Under the pieces are notes generated by a model. That model saw nothing but the letters and a program-made list of their open reading frames with translations, made no database searches and was not told the DNA's origin. Below, piece by piece: positions 10,535 to 20,619 of a DNA stretch of 64,000 nt. Source of the DNA: an uncultured Actinomycetes bacterium. Lineage in GTDB: Bacteria; Actinomycetota; Thermoleophilia; Gaiellales; Gaiellaceae. The translations under genes and the position numbers were made by a program. Within the stretch, counting starts at the first letter, position 1. Every line of letters begins with the position of its first letter. Where the stretch lies: contig OY969109.1 in NCBI GenBank assembly GCA_963698015.1, positions 1,882,641 to 1,946,640 on the forward strand. Direction: 5' to 3'.

Positions 10535-13500
10535 ATGAAACGAAGGCAGATCGTGTCGGCCTCGCTCGTCGGGCTGGTCGCGGTTGGCGTAGCCGCGGTC
10601 GTGCTGGCGGTTCCGGGCCACCACTCGGCAAGGGCCACGGCACCGCCGTCCGCCGCCGCGTACATGCCGGTTCCCGGCAGCGGCGAGGGCGAGCAGTTTG
10701 GCGCCATGGACACGTACTGGAACGACCGGCTGACCTATCCGACCGGTGACTTCAACCCGGCCTGGCTGCGCGCCGCGAAGGTACAGGACGCGCGCATCGC
10801 CAGCCGTCGGCCAGGCATCGGCCGGCCGGGGGGAGCCTCCTGGACGGGCCTCGGCCCGAAGCCCGAGCGGATGACCGGCTGCACCGGCTGTTACGACTAC
10901 GGCTTCACCGAGGGCCGGATCAACGCGATGGTCGTCGACCCCACGACCACGAGTCAGGGCTCGATCGTCGCCTATGCGGCCACGGTCGGCGGCGGGGTCT
11001 GGAAGACGACCAACTGCTGCAGCAACTCGACCACGTGGAGCGTTACCACGGACGACCCCATCATCTCCACGCTCGCGATCGACACCCTCAACATCGACCC
11101 GAACGACCACAACACGGTCTACGCGGGGACGGGTGACCTCAACTACGGCTCGTTCTCGATGGGGAGCCAAGGCATCCTCAAGTCGACCGACGCCGGGGCG
11201 ACCTGGACGGTGCTCGGCGAAGACGTGTTCGGCCCGGCGTACGTGGAGCCGGCCGGCCAGTTCCCGCAGTACGACGCCGTCGGCAAGGTGCGCGTCGACC
11301 CGAACAACTCGGCCCGGGTCGTCGCCGGCACCAAGAAGGGCGTCTTCGTCTCGTACAACGGCGGCACCGACTGGACGGGGCCCTGCCTGACGAACGGCTT
11401 CAACGGGCAGCGGCAGGACATCACCGGCCTCGAGCTCTCGAACATGGGCGGCGGCGTCACGCGGATCATCGCCGCGGTCGGCGTCCGCGGGTTCGCGACC
11501 ACGGTTCAGTACGACCTCGGCAACAACGGCGCGAACGGGCTCTACAGCGCCAACATACCGTCGAGCGGCTGCCCGAGCTTCAACTCGATCGCGTCGAACG
11601 CGAACGGGTTCGTCTACGGCAACGCAATCACCGGTAGCCCATATACGACCGGTGCGGCGATGAACGCCGGCAGCGGCACTGCGTACTCGAACCCGACCAC
11701 CGGCGACCAGCTCGGCCGGATCGACATCGCGGTCGCGCCGAGCAACCCGAACGTCATCTACGCGCAGGTGCAGTCGATCGCTGCGAACACGGGCGGCTGC
11801 GGCGGCGCGGCCGGTTGCCAGCTCGGCATCTGGCAGACGAACAACGGCGGCACCTCCTGGACGTACATGGCGGGCTCGCAGGGCCCGGCGCTCGACAACG
11901 ACGCCTGCGGCTTCGACTACCCGCAGAACTGGTACGACCAGGGCCTCGCGGTCGATCCGAACAACGCCGACCGGCTCTTCGTCGACACGTATGACCTCTG
12001 GTTCGCGACCCGCACGGGCAGCACGTTGACCGACCTGACCTGCGGCTACAACGGCACCAGCGGCCATGTCGTCCACGTCGACCAGCACGCGCTCGCCTTC
12101 GTGCCGGGCTCGTCCAGCATCCTCCTGATCGGAAGCGACGGCGGCGCCTTCTCGACCTCGAATGCCGACATCGCGGGGACGGGGACGCCGACGTTCGTGA
12201 ACATGGACACCGACCTGAACACGATCGAGTTCTACTCGGGCGACATCAGCGGCTACTTCGCGACCTCGCCCAACCCGTCCGCGGCCGGCGGCGCCCAGGA
12301 CAACGCACCGAGTGTCGTTGGCTTCAGCGGCTACCCGACCGGGGCTGCGCAGTGGCAGATGACGGTCGGCGGCGACGGGTTCTACGCCCGTATCGACCCG
12401 GTCGGAACGGGCTCGAGCCCGCGCTACTTCGTCGGGAACAACGGCGGCGGCATGTCGCGCTGCGTTTCGAACTGCCTCGTCGGCGGGAGCGGCTACCAGA
12501 GCGTCACCGGCGGCTGGGGCAGCGACACGCGGTCGTTCACGCAGCCCTTCGACCTCTTCCACGGCGGAGTGCCGGGAGGCGATGACTGTGCTCCGGCAGG
12601 CACGCCGGGCGGGTGCGGTCACCTCGTCGACGGGACGACACGCGTCTGGGAGTCGATCAAGGGCGGCGACTCCAGCATGAGCGGTAGCTGGTACGTCACG
12701 AACAACCCGACGACCCAGAACATGACCAAGCAGTCGCTCGGCAACCGCTCGTTCATCAACCAGGTCAAGTACTCGCCGAAGTGGTCGACGCAGGGCATTG
12801 TCGGCACGAACGACGGCAACGTCTGGATCGGCTTCAACCTGGGGACGGGCATCGCGTCCCAGGCGAACTGGGTCGACGTGACCGGGAGCAACACTGTCCT
12901 GCCGAACAGGCCGGTGCTGGGGATCGCGCTCGACGCCTCGACGCCGACGCGCGACCTCGCGGTCGGCTACGCGGCGATCGGCGGCTTCGACGAGAACACG
13001 CCGTCCACCCCGGGACATGTCTTCCAGGTGACCTGCGCCGCGAGCTGCGCAACGTTCACGTGGCTCGACAAGACGGGCAACCTGCCCAACATCCCGGTCG
13101 ACTCGATCATCCCGAACCACAACATCCCGGCACAGGTCTTCGCGGGGACGGACTGGGGCGTCTACTACACGGACGACATCACCGCCGCGTCGCCGACCTG
13201 GTTCCGATTCGACAACGGCATGCCGCACACGATGATCTGGGATCTGCAGATCGACCGCGGCGCGACGACGCTCTCGGCGTGGACCCGTGGGCGTGGCGCC
13301 TGGGTGTCGCCGCTGGAGGGCGCGGGGCCTCCACCTCCACCTCCACCTCCGCCTCCGCCTCCGCCTCCGCCTCCGCCTCCGCCGCCGCCGCCCCCGAACG
13401 ACGACTTCGTCAACGCAGTCACGCTGTCGGGTAGCGGAACGATCGGCGGCACGACGGTCGCCGCAGGCGGTGAGGACGGCGAGCCCGCGCAGCCTGACCA

Positions 13501-14145
13501 GGGGCAGATCAACTCCGTCTGGTATCGCTTCACTCCGACGGCTGACGGGTCGGCTCACTTCGATACGTGTACCGACGTCCTGTACGACGGGTACATGGCT
13601 TCCTATACCGGCGACGCGGTCAACAACCTGACCAACATCGTCTTCAACGACGATGGCTGCGGCGGTTCCGCAACCGGAAGCGTCCTCGACTTCCCCGTCA
13701 CTGCCGGCACGACCTACTCGGTCGCTGTCGACGGCTGGGAGACTGAGGTCGGGGACTTCACGCTCACGTACACCATCCCTGGCGGCCCACCGCCACCACC
13801 GCCACCGCCGCCGCCTCCACCGTCCTCCGCCGCCTCCTCCTCCGCCTCCGCCACCGCCTCCGCCGCCTCCCCGCCTCCGCCGCCACCCCGCCTCCACCGC
13901 CACCGCCACCGCCTCCGCCGCCTCCGCCGCCTCCGCCTCGCTGCCCGCTGTCGCGTCCCGAGGTGCTCGGGCTGCGCCTCGGCGCTGCGAAGACGAAGAT
14001 CCGGCGAGCGCACTGCTCGGTCGGCAACGTCCGCCGCGTTCGCTCCAGGCGTTCGCTGCGCGGCCGTGTCGTCAACCAGGCACCGCGGCCCGGCACGATC
14101 AAGCGCCGGAACTTCCCGGTCAAGCTGGCGGTCGGCAGGAGCTAG
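10535..14145 (+). CDS. Secreted BNR/Asp-box beta-propeller protein (sortilin/GH74-like) with poly-Pro linker, NDDF... beta-sandwich domain, second linker and PASTA-like C-terminus; at least one frameshift in the second linker
   Basis: ATG 10535 follows GGAGGGGAG. The signal peptide is MKRRQIVSASLVGLVAVGVAAVVLAV. The Asp-box repeats are KSTDAGATW, SYNGGTDW and TNNGGTSW. The C-terminal domain VLGLRLGAAKTKIRRAHCSVGNV...VKLAVGRS* (track ORF 13963..14145) is reached only after a 1-nt correction in the C-run at 13886-13889. Confidence 0.8.
13328..13396 (+). repeat. Poly-proline coding tract (23 Pro codons)
   Basis: Units of cct cca cct / ccg cct, in frame with the BNR protein. Confidence 0.9.
13787..13950 (+). 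repeat. Degenerate poly-Pro / Ser-Ala linker tract that changes frame
   Basis: As written it reads 12 Pro, then SSAASSSASATASAAS, then 6 Pro, then RLHRHRHRLRRLRRLRL. The same nucleotides read as poly-Pro in the neighbouring frames. Confidence 0.8.
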
Positions 14146-14168
14146 GCCACCAACAGCAAGCACGAACA

Positions 14169-14203
14169 AAGGGCGCCTGCGAAAGCGGGCGCCCTTCTCT
14201 TTG
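14169..14203 (+). terminator. Intrinsic terminator after the BNR-protein gene
   Basis: AAGGGCGCC-tgcgaaagcg-GGCGCCCTT followed by the T-rich stretch CTCTTTGG. Confidence 0.6.
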
Positions 14204-14206
14204 GCC

Positions 14207-14269
14207 TTGACAAACTTACGCTGTACGTTTAACTTACGCCGTACACTTACAGTGTACGTTTACAGCGTA
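14207..14269 (+). promoter_or_regulatory. Sigma70-like promoter embedded in four TAC-N3-GTA operator-like repeats
   Basis: TTGACA (14207-14212), a 17-nt spacer, then TAACTT (14230-14235). The four 9-mers are TACGCTGTA (14217-25), TACGCCGTA (14235-43), TACAGTGTA (14248-56) and TACAGCGTA (14261-69). The first and last are exact reverse complements. This is a local AT-rich island in a genome of about 70% GC. Confidence 0.5.
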
Positions 14270-14279
14270 GGAGGTCATC

Positions 14280-14468
14280 ATGTTCGTCATCGACTCTCGC
14301 GACACCCTCAGCTTCGCCCGCGAGCACGCGGTTCGCCTCAAAGGCGACGCCGCGTCGGATCTCAGCCCCCGCGCGTCCTGGAAGCGGCGTTCGCCCGCCT
14401 CGTGGCTCCGCCGTCACGCATGTCACTGCAAGATCGACACTGCGCCGCTGGCGCACCGCCCGGTATGA
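14280..14468 (+). CDS. Small upstream ORF (62 codons), function unknown
   Basis: ATG 14280 lies 6 nt after AGGAGG. Third-position GC is high. Its stop overlaps the next start as ATGA (14465-14468). The product is Arg/Trp-rich and matches no family I know. Confidence 0.4.
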   Translation: MFVIDSRDTLSFAREHAVRLKGDAASDLSPRASWKRRSPASWLRRHACHCKIDTAPLAHRPV

Positions 14469-15431
14469 GAGCGATCCTCCACGAACGGTACGGCCGGCCC
14501 GACGTCCTCGAGCTGCGGGACGTCGACAAGCCGGACGATCGGAGACGAGCAGGTGCTGGTGCGCGTGCACGCGTCGTCCGTCAACCCGGTCGAGTGGTAC
14601 GGCGTGAGCGGGCCCTACTTCGCGCGAATCGGAAACGGCATGCGCCGGCCGAAGGATCAGACCGTCGGCGCCGACCTGGCGGGAACGGTCGAGGCCGTCG
14701 GTCGGAACGTACGCGGCCTGGAACCGGGCGACGAGGTCTTCGGCGTCTCGGGCGCGTCCTGGGCCGAGTACACGCTCGCCCGCGAGGACCGGCTCGCCAA
14801 GAAGCCGTCGAACCTCTCGTTCGAGGAAGCCGCGGCGGTGCCGGTGGCGGCGGTCACGGCACTCCAGGCCCTGCGCGACAAGGGGCAGGTGCAACCGGGC
14901 CAGAAGGTGCTCGTCAACGGCGCCTCCGGCGGCGTGGGCACGTTCGCCGTTCAGCTGGCGAAGACGTTCGGCGCCGACGTGACCGCCGTCTGCAGCACCG
15001 GCAACGTGGAGCAGGCCCGGTCGCTCGGCGCGGACCGCGTGGTCGACTACACGAAGGAGGACTTCACGAAGCTCGGCGTTGAGCACGACCTGATGCTCGA
15101 CATCGCCGGCAGCCGCTCGTTCCTGGCCTTCAGAAAGGTGCTGACCCCGGCGGCGACCGTCGTCCTGATCGGCGGCCGCATGACGTACCGCGGGCTCGGC
15201 CCGCTGCCGCATCTCGGCGGCACGATCCTGAAGTCGCGCTTCCGGAGCCAGAAGGTGACATTCTTCGTCGCCAAGGTGACCACGGAGGAGCTCACGTTCC
15301 TGGCCGAGCTGCTCGAGTCCGGGCAGATCCGGTCGGTCATCGACAGGACGTACGCGGTGAACGAGGCCCCCGCGGCGCTCGCCTATCTCGGCGAGGGGCA
15401 CGCACGAGCGAAAGTCGTGATCACGGTCTGA
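14465..15431 (+). CDS. Zinc-type alcohol dehydrogenase / NADPH:quinone oxidoreductase (MDR family), one frameshift near 14534
   Basis: MRAILHERYGRPDVLELRDVDKP is in one frame. (T)IGDEQVLVRVHASSVNPVEW...VLVNGASGGVGTFAVQLAK (track ORF 14553..15431) is in the +1 frame. A single extra G in ccgg at 14531-14534 explains the break. Confidence 0.8.
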
Positions 15432-15439
15432 GCGCTCCG

Positions 15440-15853
15440 CTACGACTCCGAGCCATGCTCGAGCTGCCGCTCGTACTCGTCTTCGTCGAAGTGACCGAGA
15501 GAGGCTGCGATCAGGCCGTCCTCGCCGATCGTCCACTCTTCGAAGCCGTTGATCCGAACTGTCTTGCCGGTCCCGCCGGGTCCCGTGTTCGTCCCGACGA
15601 GCGTCCAGTGATACTCGGCGCTGTCGTCCTGAATCCGCAGGCCGTCCATCAACACCTCCATGTCGGGGAAGGCGACCATGAAGGATCGGGCAGCCTCGGC
15701 GATCGCAGCTCGCCCGATCGACGGGGCGCCGGCGTTGATGGTCAGCGAGCCGCCCGGCGCATAGTGCGCGGCGACCCGCTCCGGATTCTGACTGCACCAC
15801 GCCTCGGTGTACCGCTCAGCGAGCTCCTGCAGACGGTCGGGGTCCTGTGCCAT
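15440..15853 (-). CDS. SnoaL-like / NTF2-fold protein (ester-cyclase family)
   Basis: 137 aa containing LAERYTEAWCSQNPERVAAHYAPGGSLTIN and a C-terminal beta-sheet region typical of SnoaL-like proteins. Confidence 0.65.
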   Translation of the reverse strand: MAQDPDRLQELAERYTEAWCSQNPERVAAHYAPGGSLTINAGAPSIGRAAIAEAARSFMVAFPDMEVLMDGLRIQDDSAEYHWTLVGTNTGPGGTGKTVRINGFEEWTIGEDGLIAASLGHFDEDEYERQLEHGSES

Positions 15854-15877
15854 GTCTCCTCCTTCGCGTACCGGTAG

Positions 15878-16861
15878 CTAGCGTCGGGAGACCGCCAGCT
15901 GGCCGCACGCCGCCCCGATGTCCCGTCCCCTCGTGAGTCGTACGGTCGCCGGGACGCGGCCTCGGTCGAGCTCGGCCTTGAACGCCGCGATGACCGGCCG
16001 GGTGGAGCCGTCGTAGCGGCCGGTCGGGTTGTAGGGAATCAGGTTGACCTTGTACGTGTCTCGGCCCAGGAGCCGGGCAAGCAGCTGAGCGTCTGCAGGT
16101 GAGTCGTTCACGCCGGCCAGGAGCACGTACTCGACGAAGACCTTTCGTCGGCGCAGCTCGAAGTACCGGCGGCACTCGGCGAGCACCTCAGCGAGGGGGT
16201 ACCGGTCGTTCACGGGCATCAGCTGCGAGCGCTTCTCCGGGTCGGCGGCATGGAGCGACAGCGCAAGCCGGATCGGCTCTTCGACTTCGTCGACGAAGCG
16301 CCGGAGGCCCGGCATCCAGCCGACCGTCGAGAAGGTCGTCCTCCGATGCGTGATTCCGAGGTCGGGCAGCCGCCGCGCCGAAGCGAGGACCGCGTCGAAG
16401 TTCAGGAACGGCTCGCCCATGCCCATGTACACCGCGTGGTTCACGGGCTCCTTGCGCCGGAAATGCAGCGCCTGGTCGAGGATCTCCGACTCCGTCAGGT
16501 TGCGCCCGAAGCGCATTGCGCCGGTTGCGCAGAAGTTGCAGGTCAAGGGGCAGCCCGACTGCGAGGACAGGCACAGCGACCGCCGTCCGTCGCGGTACCG
16601 CATGAGAACGGCCTCGACCGAGTGGCCGTCGGCCGTCCTGAACAGGGCCTTCACCGTGCCGTCCCGTGACTCCTGTTCGGCAACGACCTCCAGCGTCGAG
16701 AACGGCACGGTTTCCCTGAGCCTGGCACGGAGTGGTTTCGAAAGCGTCGTCATTGCGTCGTAGGAGCCCGCCCCGCGCACGGTCCACTCCCAGACCTGCC
16801 GTGCGCGATATGTCGGCTCCCCCAGGTCGGTCAGGGCCTGCTCGAGGAGTGCGGCGTCCAT
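15878..16861 (-). CDS. rlmN: 23S rRNA/tRNA adenine-C2 methyltransferase, radical SAM (RlmN/Cfr family)
   Basis: The N-terminus is GEPTYRARQVWEW. The radical-SAM cluster is CLSSQSGCPLTCNFCATG. GMGEPFLN is also present. Confidence 0.9.
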   Translation of the reverse strand: MDAALLEQALTDLGEPTYRARQVWEWTVRGAGSYDAMTTLSKPLRARLRETVPFSTLEVVAEQESRDGTVKALFRTADGHSVEAVLMRYRDGRRSLCLSSQSGCPLTCNFCATGAMRFGRNLTESEILDQALHFRRKEPVNHAVYMGMGEPFLNFDAVLASARRLPDLGITHRRTTFSTVGWMPGLRRFVDEVEEPIRLALSLHAADPEKRSQLMPVNDRYPLAEVLAECRRYFELRRRKVFVEYVLLAGVNDSPADAQLLARLLGRDTYKVNLIPYNPTGRYDGSTRPVIAAFKAELDRGRVPATVRLTRGRDIGAACGQLAVSRR

Positions 16862-16976
16862 GCCGCTACGTTAGCTCGGCCTTGCGCCACCCCGGTCGAG
16901 ATTCGAGCCACGCTTCGCGTGACTCTCATGTTTTCGAGCGCGCCTTTCACCCCCGGAGCTGCTCTGCCGCCGCTAC

Positions 16977-19900
16977 TCAGGACCGGCCAAGGGTCGCGGG
17001 ATCCGGGGCACGGTCGGTCTCGGAGTCGAGGGCGAGCGTCGCCGCGTCGCCGACCGTGAGCTTGCGGCCTTGCTCCCATGCCTCGGCGAAAGCGGCGTCG
17101 TCGAGCTGCGTGCGGATGGCGGCGAGTGTCGTTTCGTTCATCTCCACAACGCTTGAGCGCCTGATCCCGACCTCGTCGCCGAGCGATTCGAAGCTCGCAA
17201 GGAGGCGGGCGGCCGTAGCGGCTCTCCCCTGGCGTACAAGCACGCTGGCGAAGCGGCACAGGTCGACCGCGGTGTCGAGGACATCGCGGAGCCTCGCGTG
17301 GATACGAAGGCTCGACTTCAGCATCGAAGCGGCGTCTTCGACTCGGCCCTCGTCGAGCGCGATCGCCGCCAGGGCGCCCAGCGTGCTCGCTTCGATGCGA
17401 TCGTTGTGCGTTGCCCGTGCTCGCTCGAGGTTGTCCTCGTAGAGCGCTCGAGCGCGTTCGCCGTCGCCGAGGTAGGCGTAGATCGACGCGAGATTGCGGT
17501 TCACGAGCAGGGCGGAGTGCTCGTCGCCGAGCTCACGGAAGACCCGCACGCTCTCCTCGTAGAGCTCCTGCGCCCTCGCCGCATCGGCCTCGGCCGTACC
17601 GAGCATGAAGACGGAGTAGGCGGCTCCCCATGCGTCTCCGAGCTTGCGATGAAGCGCCAGCGCCTCTTCGGCCCGAAGCTTGGCCGCCTCGGTGTCCTCG
17701 GTGTTGACCGCCATCACGGCGGCTCCGTTGAGAGCCTTGGCTCGGGCTGCCGTCGGACGTTCGTCCGTGAGGAGGACGCTCTCCAGACGCCGGCGACCTT
17801 CCGCCAGGTGGCCCTTCAGGTACCAGAACCGCCACAGTGCGGCTGCCAACCGCAGAGCAGTCTCGCTGTCGCCTGACGCCTCGAGCCGGTCGAGAGCGGC
17901 TCGGAAGTTGTCGTGCTCGCGCTCCAGGCGTTCGAGCCAGTCCCCGGGGCTCCCGCGCAGGTTCGGCTCCGCTTCCTCTGCGAGCCCCAGGAAGTAGGCG
18001 GCATGGCGTCGCCGCAGCTCGACTGCCTCACCCGACTCCTCGAACCGCTCGACCGCGTACTCGCGGATCGGCTCCAGCATCGTGAATCTCGGTGCTTCAT
18101 CCGTTCCTTCGACCCGGATCAGCCCGCTGTCGGTCAGGGACGCGAGCCCGTCGACGACGTCGAGGTCGTCCCCGCAGACGCTCTCTGCGGCCTCGAGCGT
18201 GCAGCCGCCTGCGAACACCGCGAGCCGCATGAACAGGCGCTGGTCCTGCGGCTCGAGCAGCTCGTAGCTCCAGTCGATGGTCGCGCGGATGGTGCGTTGC
18301 CGCTCCGGCGCGTCGGGCGCGCCGCCCTTGAGCAGCTTCAAAGGCCGATTCAGCCGCTCCAGCAGAGCGGCCGGCGGCAGAACGCCGACCCGCGTGGCGG
18401 CGAGCTCGAGCGCAAGCGGTAGTCCGCCGAGGGCTTGGCAGATCTCGGCAACCGGCTGCGCGTTCTCCGTCGTCACCGCGAACTCAGCCCGGGCCGAGCG
18501 GGCGCGCGACGCGAACAGCACGACCGACTCGCAGTGGAGGAGGCGCTCGAGGTCGTAGGTGCGGTCGGGCGTTTCCAGCGGCGAGACCTTGTAGACGCGC
18601 TCGGTCGCCAGGTGGAGGGGGACGCGGCTCGTTACGAGGACTCTCACCGTTGACGTGGTCGCGGCGACCAGCGCCGGTGCGGCTTCGAGCACGTGCTCGA
18701 AGTTGTCGAGCAGAAGCAGGATTCGCTGGTCGCGCAGATGGCGGGCCAGAGCTTCGCCGACGTCAGCGCCGCTCTCGGGGACGCCAAGGGTCCGAGCAAC
18801 GGTCGGCAGGACGAGGCCGGGATTCGCGAGCGGCGCGAGGCTGACGAAGAAGACTCCGTCTGGGAAGTCGTCGAGGAGCTCGGCCGCAACCTGCGCGGCC
18901 AACCGCGTCTTGCCCGTTCCCCCGGTCCCCGTGAGGGTGACGACCCGCGTCTCGCGTCGGCGAAGGAGCTCCGCCACTTCCCGGATCTCCCGCTCGCGGC
19001 CGACGAGAGGCGTCGGTTGCAGCGGCAGGTTCGTCCGGCGGGTCTCGAGACCTTGGGGCGGTGGGAACTCGTCTTGCAAGTCCGGCACGACGAGCTGGAA
19101 CAACCGCTGAGCGGCGGTGAGGTCCGTCAGACGGTGCTCGCCGAGGTCGAGCACCTCGGTCGTGTCGAGCGGCGTCTCTCGAAGGAGGTCGCGCGTGGTC
19201 TGCGAGAGAAGGATCTGCCCAGCGTGCGCGGCGCTTCGGATGCTCTCTGCACCGCGGACGCCCAGTCCCGTGTGCCCATCGTCCGTGGCGATCGCTTCGG
19301 CCGAGCTGATGCCGATCCGGAGGCGGCCGATGCTCCTCGTCGCCCGCTGAATACCGACCGCGGCTGCAACTCCGTCCCGCGCGCGGGCAAAGGCGACGAG
19401 CAGGGAATCGCCGTCCGTGTCCAGCTCGAACCCACCGTGTTGGCCGACGACCGTTCGCGCGAGCTCGCGGGCCGGGCCTTCGGCTTCGGTCAAGAGGAAG
19501 GTGACGATGCCGGACGGCTTGGCCGCCGCCGCGGGATGCCGCGAGGGTGCGAACGCATCGGGGGCCGCGAGCTCGGGGTCCTGGTTCAGGATCTGCTGCT
19601 CGAGCCGCTGCAGCGCGGGGCTCGGGTCGAGCCCGAGCTCGTCGCGGAGCACGCTCCGCGCTTCCTGGAAAGCCTGGAGGGCGTCCGCCTGCCTTCCCGC
19701 TCGGTACAGCGCGAGCATCAGCTGTGCTCGCAGGCCCTCACGCAGCGGGTGTTCGACGATGAGCCGCTCGAGCTCGAGAACGGCCTCCTCGTGGCGGCCG
19801 AGCTCGAGCTCCGTCTGAATCTGCTCTTCGAGGACCACCAGGCGGAGCTCTTCGAGCCTGGCCGCCTCCTGGCTCGCGAACCCTTCGTAGCGGAAGTCGG

Positions 19901-20295
19901 CAAGCGGCTCGCCACGGAAGAGAGCGAGCGCCTTCGTGAGCTGTTCCAACCGGGCGACGCGACCGTCTGCCGGGGGCTCTGCTGCGAGACGCTCGAACCG
20001 ACGGATGTCCACCGTCGTCCTCGTCTTGCAGCCGCAGGAGGTAGCCGGGCGCTTGAGTCTCGATCCGCTCGGCGCCGAGCCGCTTCCTCAGGGCAGACAC
20101 GTGACCGTGAAGCGCCGTCTGTGCGGTTTCCGGCGGTCGCTCACCCCACAGCGCCTCGACGCAATCGTCGGTGGCGACGACCTCGTCGGCGTGAAGCAAC
20201 AAGAGCGCGAGCAGGGCGCGGTGCTGCCGCCGAGGCGGGGTCAGATCGACGCCGTCGGCCTCCACCTCGAACCTGCCCAGCAGCCGGAACTCCAC
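16977..20295 (-). CDS. SARP/AfsR-like regulator: OmpR-type wHTH, BTAD, cyclase-homology domain, NB-ARC ATPase, TPR; one frameshift near 20012
   Basis: The N-terminal piece (track ORF 19738..20295) reads MEFRLLGRFEVEADGVDLTPPRRQHRALLALLLLH. The main piece (16977..20012) carries BTAD (LALYRAGRQADALQAFQEARSVLRDELGLDPSP), the cyclase-like GIVTFLLTEAEG...DGDSLLVAF, the Walker A VTLTGTGGTGKTRLA, and TPR repeats. The two pieces abut in different frames. Confidence 0.8.
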
Positions 20296-20392
20296 TTCGT
20301 GCCAATTGTCTCACGCCGGCGCTGAGCCCCACATAAGCCTCGCGTTAGCGGCCACGGACACGCTCACCCGGTAATCGACAGAAGGGAGGGTT

Positions 20393-20584
20393 GTGCCGGT
20401 TCCCGAGCTTTCGCTCACCGAAGAGCGGATCGTCCTGCTCGTCGCGGAAGGCCGGAGCAAGAGGGAGATTGCCGAGGCGGTCGGCCTGGACGAACGCACC
20501 GTCGGCTGGCACCTCGAGCGGGCGGGCCGAAAGCTCGAACGGGCATCGGCCCTCCACAAGCGGGTCCGAGGACAGAAGCAGTGA
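20393..20584 (+). CDS. LuxR-family HTH protein (stand-alone C-terminal DNA-binding domain)
   Basis: 63 aa reading LTEERIVLLVAEGRSKREIAEAVGLDERTVGWHLERAGRKL. Confidence 0.8.
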   Translation: MPVPELSLTEERIVLLVAEGRSKREIAEAVGLDERTVGWHLERAGRKLERASALHKRVRGQKQ

Positions 20585-20619
20585 AACCTCGGATCGCGAC
20601 AGAAGGAAGGAGCACACAG

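Noticed and set aside
10448-13909. A 1153-aa ORF on the minus strand, together with the similar giants 3228..4925(-), 14247..15800(-), 36155..38503(-), 51890..55843(-), 29873..32293(+) and 25464..26687(+).
   Set aside because: Each lies antisense to, or out of frame with, a gene that has clear family motifs. Their translations are Arg/Gly/Ala/Pro-rich low-complexity strings typical of open non-coding frames in about 70% GC DNA. None has an RBS or a recognisable domain.
13963-14145. The track ORF of 60 aa treated as an independent small gene.
   Set aside because: It is the PASTA-like C-terminal domain of the BNR protein, separated only by a linker frameshift. The same domain ends the proteins at 5333 and 56917.
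16901-16930. A roughly 24-nt motif, ATTCGAGCsACGCTTCG..TG.CTC, shared with 21161-21188 and more weakly with 60878-60900. I considered it a possible dispersed regulatory or REP-like element.
   Set aside because: Identity is 21 of 24 between the two best copies. My rough estimate is that about one such match is expected by chance among all 24-mer pairs in 128 kb of GC-biased sequence. There is no consistent position relative to genes.
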